Below, piece after piece: positions 1-8,480 of a DNA stretch of 33,633 nucleotides (the first letter of the stretch is position 1; every line of letters starts with the position of its first letter). Both the position numbers and the translations under genes were made by a program. Source of the DNA: Parvularia atlantis (lineage: Eukaryota); contig CALSCO010000869.1 of assembly GCA_943704415.1 (NCBI GenBank), positions 1 to 33,633 of the forward strand. Direction: 5' to 3'. The notes below the pieces were generated by a model. That model searched no databases. It saw only the letters and a list, made by a program, of their open reading frames with translations, and was not told where the DNA came from.

Positions 1-697
1 GGCTCGATCAGCGGGTCGAAGAAGCCGTCGACCGTGGCCAGGCCCGCGCGCTTGAGCTCCTCGAGGCGCGCGATGTCGGCCTCGATCGCATCGATGCCCG
101 CCTTGACCTTCTGCTGCTGCGGCTCAAGCGCGCTGCCGAGCATGACGATGGCCGCGCGCTGCTTCTCAAGGCCCTTGGCGACGGGCACGAACGGGTGACC
201 TTGGTGCGGCGCGGTGATGCAGTCGACGCAGGCGAGCTGGTCGCATCGGTCGCAGAACTGCGTCGCGCGGTTGGCCGGGTGCGCCTTGCACGTCGGCACG
301 CTCGGCGCCGCGCCGGGCTTGGCCGTCACGACGTGCGTCCGGTTCACCTTGGCGCGCTGGTGCGCCTCGGCCTCTGTCGTGCACAGGTCGATCGCGCACT
401 TCTCGCAGCGGTGCGTCGCGGGCGCGTCCTCGCACGACTGGCACACCGTCACGACCGCATCGGCCGTCGCAGCAGCGGGCTCGAGCAGGTCGGCGCGGCT
501 GAACTCGGCGTGGCAGTACGTCAGGCCGAGCAGGAACAGGCACTTGCGGCGCGCGTCGGTCGTCTTGCGCACGCACCCTGCGCAGATCGGGTGCAGACAC
601 GGCGTCCGTCCCGCATCCGCGCCCAGCACTTCCAAGCACGCTGCACCATGCACGCTGTGAGCGAGAGAGCCGTCCTTAACTCATCCGCATCGGCCAT
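1..697 (-). CDS. TRIM/RBCC-like protein (RING-like, B-box1, B-box2, coiled coil); 3' end runs off the window; 5' end uncertain
   Basis: A minus frame absent from the ORF track reads CLEVLGADAGRTPCLHPICAGC..C (RING-like), CQSCEDAPATHRCEKCAIDLCTTEAEAH (B-box1), CKAHPANRATQFCDRCDQLACVDCITAPHQGH (B-box2), then heptad-like helix. The ATG at 697 is in a different frame from the RING. Confidence 0.8.
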
Positions 698-735
698 GAT
701 GATTGTGTGATTACCGGTGCGTCGTCGCTCCAGGC

Positions 736-3478
736 ATGCCCGCGCATTGCTTCGTCGACGTTCGACTAATGGAGGCGTTGCTCGCGTCGGCTGGGGCGCT
801 TGTGAAGTTCGATGCGCGCGCGGCGGCGGCCGTGCTGCAGGCCGAGGGCGACGTGGCGCGCTGCGCGATCGCGCAGTACATGTCGCTGCGCCGCGGGCTC
901 GTGCGGATGGCGCCCGATGCGCTCGCCAACGTCGTTGTTGTGGATTTCGCGGTGGACGCGGCACAGCTGGGCGTGCGCACGGGCGACAAGCTGTCGACGT
1001 ACGCGCTCGCGATGATAGCGGACGATATCGATCTGCGCGAGCGGCTGCGGCTGCTGATGTGTGCGACGGCGATCGTGAAGCTGGTGCCACGCGGCGCGGC
1101 TGCGCTGATCGACTGGTTGCTGGTCGAGCACGGCATTGCGTGCGTCAACGTGCTCAGCCTCGAGGCCATCTGCGATCGTCAGTACGGTGCGTGTGCACAC
1201 GCCCGATGCGTGTGCCGCTGCTGACCGACGGCGCGCGTGCGCGTGCGTGCAAGGCATCGGATTTGGCAGCGACCGGTTCGCTCAGCTGGCGTTGTTGTCG
1301 AGCCATCCCGACACGTACGCGGCGTACCAGCAGGGCGCGGCGCTGCTGGCGCAGGACCTTTTCTGGTGCGCACGATGCCAAGCGGTGCCGCGCTGCGACG
1401 GCTAAGGCGCTCGCTGGCGCAGTGTGCACGGTCAAACGGCGTACTGGTGCCAGATCGGCGTGGACGCGTGCAAGCTTGTGCAGGTGCGGCTGCGACGCTG
1501 CGCAAACGCCTGGCCGACGTGTGTCGTGCAGACGATCGAATGCATGGTGCCTGATGGCGCGTCGAGTGACGGCCTGCGGCGGCGTGTGACGCTGCTCGAC
1601 CTGCTGCACCTGGGCAACCTCAAGCAGCGGCAGGCCAAGACGCCGCTGCTGCGGTGCGCAGTCGCGTAGCGCAAACGGCTGGCGGTGCAGCTGACGTGCG
1701 CCAGCAGTGACTTGAGTGACGCCGAGCTCGTGCGCGTCGCGCTGGACGGCGTGGGCACGACCGTGGCGGCCAAGGACGCCAAGGCGCTGCGCACGTACTT
1801 TGTGGACTACTTGACGGCCGGCAGCAAGCGCGCCAACTCGGCACGCGAGCCTTTCAACTGCGCATTCCTGTACGACGACGCGTACCTGTACGAGTGGATC
1901 CCGCTGCTGCCGCCGCACCTGTACCGCGAGCTGGGCTCGATGCAATACTTTGCCGAGCTGGACCAGGTGCGCGTGTGCCTTGCTCGCGTGCGCGTGCGCC
2001 TGAACCGCAACGCGCAGAGCCTCGCCGAGTTTGTGCGCTCGGTACAGTTCTCGGAGCAACGCGCGACGCTGTGCGAGCTGGCGCGCGCGAGCATCGAGAA
2101 CGCCGTGCGCACGGTCAAGGGTGGGATCGCTGCTGAGCCGCAGCGCGCGTTTTGGCTCATGTGCGTGACTGCAGGGCTATCACAGGCGCAGGTGCGCGTG
2201 TTCGGCTCGACGGCGACTCGCCTCGGGTCCAACACGGGCGACCTGGATGTCTGCATTACGGGCGCGTGCGTGCGGGAGCGAGCCACACGTGTGCTGGACG
2301 CGTTGTCTCACGCTGCGCCGCGCAGGCCGATCGAGGCGCACTCCAAGCAGGCGACCAACGTGCTGCGCGGCCTCATGCGCGTGTTCGAGCAGCACCCGAA
2401 CCCGTACGTTGTGACGTCGAAGCGCGTCTTCATCGGGAATGCCAAGGTGCCGATCCTGAAGTTCAACGCGCACGTCGCCGACCCTGCCACGGGCCAGAGT
2501 GTGGCGCTCGCATGCGACATCTCCTGCTCCAACATACTGGTGCGCTCAAGGGGGCGGCTAGCGGTGGCGATCGCTCCATCGCACGTCGCACAGGCGCTCA
2601 ACAACAGCGAGCTGCTCAACACGTACCGCCTATGTGACAGCCGTGTGACGCCGCTGGTGCTCGCTGTAAAGCGGTGGGCGGTGCAGCGCGGCCTGCACGA
2701 TGGTGCTCGCACTGCTTTTTTTTTTTCATCGCTCGTTGACGCGCGCGCACGCCAGCGAGCGCGGGCCGCCTGTCGTCGTACGCGTACACCCTCATGGTGA
2801 TCGCGTTCTTGCAGCACGAGGGCATCCTGCCGTACCTGCAGACAAAGGACCTGGCTGGTGCGCTCGCAGGCCGCGCGGGTGTTGGACTCAGCTGAGCCTG
2901 GGCACAGGCATGTCGCCGCTGAAGCCGGTGATGGTCGAGGGCTGCAACGTCAGCTTCCACGCCGACGTCGAGGCGCTGCGTGCGGCGGGCCATCTGGACG
3001 GCGCAGCGGCCAACACGCAGACGGCCGGGCAGTTGCTCGCAGGCTTCTTCCACTATTTCGCGTTCGAGTTTGACTTTGACCACTACGTCGTGCGTGCGCG
3101 TGCGGCAGCAAGGTCATATGTGCGTGTGCTGACCATCGTGCTCGCGGCGCAGGTGTGCGTCCGCCACGCCAAGCCGCTGCACCGCGACGCGACGACGTTC
3201 AAGGAGGAGCTTTGCGTCGAGGGTGTGCGCTGGCTGAGCCGCAAGCTGCTGCTGACGGCGAGTCTGGCAACGCAGACCCGTTCCTGCTCGCGCACAACAC
3301 CAGCAAGACGGCGCGTGGCCGCAGTGCGTGCGCTCTGCAGGTGCCGCACGTCGGCGTGACGCGCACGTACGCAGTCGTCGACACGTTCTTCGCCGAGTTC
3401 ACGTCGGCCTACGAGCTGCTCGTGTGCCAGGCCTCGGGCAAGCTAGAGGCGCTCTTTGACAAGTCGGACCTGCAGTGA
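736..3478 (+). CDS. Cid1/TUT-family terminal uridylyltransferase with N-terminal degenerate 3'-5' exonuclease-like region (about 14 exons)
   Basis: Spliced motifs FGS..GDLDVCI, AKVPILKF, CDISC, LVLAVKRWA, LSSYAYTLMVIAFLQ, GQLLAGFFHYFAFEFDF, VEDPFLLAHN. GT-AG introns (e.g. 1187-1253) join the upstream exons in frame. The start could instead be the ATG at 769. Confidence 0.85.
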
Positions 3479-3496
3479 GACGCTGCAAATCATTGC

Positions 3497-6244
3497 TTAC
3501 AACCCTGTCAGCGCCACATCGTCCAGCCAGGCCGTGCCGCGGCTGAGCAGTCGGAACTCGATGTTGCACAGCGTGCTGTTTTCGGGCGCGCCGCTCAGAG
3601 CCCAGCGCTGCCACGCCGTGCTCAGCTCCACGGTCCTGCGGCAGCACCAGCGTCAGCGGGTTCGACCGCAGCGGGGTCTGCCGCGCACCGCTCGCCGAAG
3701 CACGTGCGCACGAGCGCCAGTGCGCCGTCCACGCTCGCCCGGGCGTACAGCGCGGCCTCGTACCGCTGACCGCCGCTGACGCGCGAGTTGAGAAACGACG
3801 CCGCCCCCACTGTGCGCAGCGTGAGCCGCACATCGCACGCGCGGCGGCATTTACGCGCACCGTACGCGAGCACGTTCTCGGTCACGTCGCCCGGGTGCAC
3901 CAGTCGCAGCGAGTAGTAGCCCGTGCGAGCCTCATGCGAGTCGGCCAGTACGGACGCGCCGCTGCCGTACGTGTACAGGAACGAGTCTGGCGTGCCGGTC
4001 TGGCTCTGCGTCTCAAACGACGGGTTGAGGATCAGGTTGGTGGTGTCGGCCACGGCGGTGCTGCCGCGTGCTTGCGAGCTGAAGCGGTACGCGCGCGTGC
4101 CCCAGCCGTCGACAAAGTCCACGAGGCTGCTGTCCGTGCTGGCCGTGATGCCGCGCTGCTCAAACAGCACCTGTCGCACGGGACAACAATCAGCCCGACC
4201 TAGCTCAGCTCGTTGCGCACCTGGCCGACGCGTTGCGCGATGCTGTGGCCGTCCACGGCGACCTCGAAGCGCTGCGGCGTCGCGAGCAGGTTGATCACGA
4301 GGACCGTGAGCACGCTGCAGTCCGGCTCCCAGTACGCCGCGGCTTCGACGCCCACGCCCTCGCTCGCGCTCACGATGCGCGCCACCGCAGAGCCGTCGTC
4401 GTTGAGCAGCGCCGGTGCGACGTCGGCCGTCTCAAGCGCGAGCTTGCGGCACTCGGCCCAGAGCGCGTCGCGCGGCTCAAAGTGCGTGCCCTGTGCCGCG
4501 TGAGGACTACGGCGCACGGGCGGCTGCCGCCGCCACGGACCTGCTGATTGAACTCGCGCAGCAGCGCGCCGAGGATAAAGTACTGCACGCCGCGTGCCCC
4601 GCCGATCAGCGACGTGTACGTCATGGCGCGGACCTCGCGCGCGCTCGGCTGCCTGCATACGTCGACGCGGTGAGCTGAAGGCGGGCGCGGCACGGCCGCG
4701 CACACCGGTCCCAGTGCTGCTCGCCGCCGAACGCCTGCACGACCATCCAGAATGGCGTGGCCACGGGCAGCTCGCGGGCGTAGAGCGCGGCACGGGCAGA
4801 CACGTCGGCGACGTCGCCGTCGCACAGGTCGCAGCCGACGGCGTTGCGCAAGCCTGCGAGCCGAGCGCGCTGTGAGACGAGCAGCAGCAGCAGCAGCAGC
4901 AGCGGCGGCGGCGGCAGCGGTGTCGCACCAATGGGGTACGGGTCTGCCATGATGATGTCGCCGTAGGGCAGGTAGTCGTCGAGCGCGTACTGCGGGTTCT
5001 CGACGCAGTTGAGCACGATCGAGATCGGGTGGTACGGGTCGAGCGCGCGCAGGAGCCGCGCGGTGTCGGCGAGCCAGGCCGGGTCGAGGCCGTTGCCGTC
5101 GGGCTCATCTGCGATGTAGTAGGCCAGGAGGGCGGGGTGGTCCTTGACCAGGGCCACGTACTGCTCGATGTCGCGCGTCTTGTCGTCCGACGGCGCCTGC
5201 ATGCCCACGCCGTACATGTTGAAGTGCACCTTGAGGCCCATCGCCGCGGCCTGGTCCATGAACGCAAGGTAGTTGCTCTCGGCGATGCGCTCGGGCGAGC
5301 CGGAGCGGTAGGGCAGGGGCGTGTTGAAGCTGCGCAACGCTAGTTTGACAGGGCAGCGGCTACGCGAGCGGGCCGCGCGCGCGCACCCGTTGACGACCTC
5401 GGCGTACATCGCGCGGCTAAAGTTGACCGCGCCCGTCTGCCAGCGGTCGTACCTGCGCGGGGGGGGGGGCGGCGTGAGCGGGTCGGTCGTGCGCAAAGGC
5501 GTCGGCGCACGGCGCACTCGAGGTAGAAGCCGAACGGCAGGAACGGCTCGCCGTCGACGAGCACGGCGCGGCGCTGCGTGTCGACCTGCACCGCGCCCGG
5601 CCGCGGCTCGTAGCGCGCGATCTAGGGGGACGAGTGAGGCCGTGGCGCGCGGGCCCGAGCGCGCGTGCGGCGCACCTCGCCTGCGGCCTCGATACCGGCG
5701 GCCGGCCAGCGGCAGCGCAGCGTCGCGCGCGCGTTGAGCGGCACGTCGGCGAGGTCGATGTCGAAGGTCCAGCGGTCGCGCACGCCGCGTGGGGCGGGGA
5801 TGTGCTGCGCGCGGACCGCGGCGTCGGCGTGGCCGTCGAGCGTGCTGCGGCGTGACGGCGGCTGAGCAGCAGCGCTGCCGGTCGCGCCGTGCCGCACTGC
5901 ACCAGAGCGGCGGCGGATGCGCGTCGAGCGCGATGTCGGCGGCGCCGAGCAGCACGATGCGCCCGCGCGGCTCGTGCAGGAACGGCCGGCGCGCGGCGAC
6001 GAGGCGCGGCGGCGGGGCGTGCGGCGTCCGTGCTCGGTGCGGCGCGGCGGCGGTCGGGGGCGGCCACTGGTCGTACGGCTTGCCGCACCAGAGCGGCTCG
6101 TCGCCGATCTGGCCTGCGCGCGCGTGGGTGCGCGTGCGGGATGGTCGGCTGGTGCGCTGCCGTGGCACTGACGTGCACACCGAGCGCGCGCGACACGAGC
6201 AGCGCGGCGATGAGGACGACGGCGAGGGCGAGGGCGGTGCGCAT
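3497..6244 (-). CDS. Secreted uncharacterised glycoside hydrolase-like (TIM-barrel) protein with C-terminal CBM4/9-like module (about 12 exons)
   Basis: Signal peptide MRTALALAVVLIAALL; motifs WCGKPY, VDGEPFLPFGFY, HPALLAYYIADEPDG, DPYHPISIVLNC, DPYPIG, GARGVQYF; C-terminal NLILNPSFE ... LSTAWQRW ... GTAWLDDVAL; stop TAA at 3497-3499. Confidence 0.75.
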
Positions 6245-6287
6245 TGTGCCACTGCTTTGTGCTGCTGCGCGCCGATGATCGGCTGAG

Positions 6288-6757
6288 GCTGAGCAGGCCG
6301 AGCAGACCGAGCAAGCTGAGCAGACTGAGCAAGCTGAGCAGACTGAGCAGGCTGAGCAGGCCGAGCAGACCGAGTAGGCTGAGCAAGCTGAGCAGGCTGA
6401 GCAAGCTGAGCAAGCTGAGCAAGCTGAGCAGACTGAGCAGACCGAGTAGGCTGAGCACGCCGGGCAGACTGAGCAGGCTGAGCAGGCCGAGCAGATCGAG
6501 TAGGCTGAGCAAGCTGAGCAAGCTGAGCAAGCTGAGCAAGCTGAGCAGGCCGGGCAGACTGAGCAGGCTGAGCAGTCCGAGCAAGCTGAGCAAGCCGAGC
6601 AAGCTGAGCAGGCTGAGCAGACTGAGCAGACAGACTGAGCAGGCTGAGCAGACCGAGTAGGCTGAGCAAGCTGAGCAGACCGAGCAAGCTGAGCAAGCTG
6701 AGCAGACCGAGCAAGCTGAGCAAGCCGAGCAAGCTGAGCAGGCTGAGCAGGCCGAGC
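6288..6757. repeat. 9-bp minisatellite, consensus RCYGAGCAR (GCTGAGCAA/GCTGAGCAG), about 52 units
   Basis: Directly visible tandem array with recurring variants (ACCGAGTAG, GCCGGGCAG) and one 4-nt phase break near 6630. Confidence 0.97.
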
Positions 6758-7047
6758 GTGTCGTGTGTCGCTGGCAGGCCGAGGCACGGGAGCGCCGCGA
6801 CGCGATTGGCTGCGCAAAGCCGCACTCGAAGCCACAGTCGTCATCTCGCTACGCCCCGCCTGCGCCCCCCTTCAGCACCGCCGTGCCGCGCCGCACCGCG
6901 TCCTGTGCTCTCTGCCTGCGCCGCTCGCTGTGCCCTGTGCGCCGTGCGCCCTGCGCCGTGCGCCGTGCCCGCTCTGCCCGCCACCCGGTCCATCGCGATA
7001 ACGCCCGACCCGCCGCCCCGCCGCAGGACGCCGCCGCCCGCCGCGCG

Positions 7048-8406
7048 ATGGTCGAGCCGCCCGCCGCCGGCTCCGCGCCGTCGCCCGCCCGCGACGCCGC
7101 CGATGCCGCCGATGCCGCCCCGTCTGCGCCGTCCTCGCCGTCGTCGCCGCCGCCGGCCGCCGAGGCGCAGGCCGCCGCGCTGCAGCAGCTGCTGCGCCAG
7201 CCGCCCGAGGGCCCGCGGCTGAGCGGCACGGTCAAGTTCTTCAACAGCGTCAAGGGCTTCGGCTTCGTCATCCCGGACGACGGCGGGCCGGACGGTGCGG
7301 CGCCGGCGCCCGCGCTCGCTGCCCACCGTGCCCACCGTGCCCACCGTGATCATCGCGACTATCCGCACCGCAGTCTTCGTGCACCACACGGCCATCTACA
7401 ACCGCGGCGGCTTCAAGAGCCTGGCCGAGGGCGAGCGGGTGCGCGCCCCGTGCCCGCATCGGCCGTCGTCGCCGCGTTCTGACCGTGCCCGTCCGCACGC
7501 ACCCGCACCCCCCACATACACTCGCACACCCACACCCAGATCGAGTACTTCCTCGTCAAGGGCCCCAAGGGCCACCTCGCCGTCAACGTCAGCGGCCCCA
7601 ACGGCCAGCCCGTCGTCGGCGACCAGGGCGGCCCCCAGGCGGCCCTCGGCGTCGCAGGCGGCGGCGCACTCCGCCGCAACGCCTACCTCGGCGGCGGCAT
7701 CAGCGCCGTCCTCCGCACCGCCGGCGTCGTCGACCCGAGCGGCATCGCCCTCGCTGACCCCTACGGCGCACCCGGCGCACCCGCGGCCTTCTTCCCCGCG
7801 GCCTACGCGCCCCACGGCTACGGCATGCCCTACACCGTCGTCCCCTTCGAGCAACTCGCCCAGGCGGCGCCCAACGCGCGCCGATCGCGCGACGGCGGCA
7901 GCGGGCAGGCCCTCCCGCGCCGCCTCTCGCCTGAGTCGGGGCCCACGCCCGCACCCGCACCCGCCGACGGCAGCGACGCGGCGTCGACCGAGCAGCTCGC
8001 CGACGCCTTCGATCAGTCGCTGCTCCTGTCCCCGAGCGACGCCGACGCCGCACCGCGCCGCACCGGCCGCCGCGGCTCGTCGCCGCTGCCTCGTGCGCCG
8101 CCCCACGCCGCCGTGTACTACCAGCACGTCGTCTCGGCCCATCCCTCGTTCGCCGCGCCGGTCTACGCCGCGGCAGGCGGGCCGTTGGGCTCGTCGCCCG
8201 CGCCCGGCAACGCGTACCTGGCGTACCCGCAGCCGAGCGCGCTCTACTTCTATCCGGCCCTGAGCCCGACCGCTGGCGACGCCAACGGCTACCACGGCGC
8301 GGCCTATTTTGACCCGGCACTGCTCGTGCCCCCGGCGGGCGGACTGCGGCGCTGGTCAGGACCGCAGCTCGCCACCGCGCCGCCCCCACCCGACGCCGCC
8401 GAGTGA
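7048..8406 (+). CDS. Cold-shock-domain RNA-binding protein with Pro/Tyr/Ala-rich C-terminus (3 coding exons)
   Basis: Spliced GTVKFFNSVKGFGFVIPDDGGPD|VFVHHTAIYNRGGFKSLAEGER|IEYFLVKGPKGHLAVNVSGPNG contains RNP1/RNP2. Exon 3 (from 7540) is in frame to TGA 8404-8406. An additional upstream exon is possible (acceptor-like site at 7026). Confidence 0.88.
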
Positions 8407-8480
8407 CGTGTGCGCTGAGGCACAGCCCCCCTTTGCTTGCTTCAAGCTATGCCAATCTTGTGCGCACTGCCAAACACGCC

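Noticed and set aside
4880..4920. CAG/CGG triplet run as a coding poly-Leu/poly-Gln tract
   Set aside because: It falls inside a predicted intron of the hydrolase gene.
6288..6757. Repeat array as CRISPR or telomere
   Set aside because: Units are contiguous with no unique spacers and there are no cas genes. The array is internal between intact genes and is not a recognised telomeric unit.
4621..6825. 734-aa ORF and other long ORFs (e.g. 24509-26806, 16400-18172, 12416-13909) as real proteins
   Set aside because: They are read-throughs of stop-poor GC-rich introns, repeats or antisense frames; only segments match protein families.
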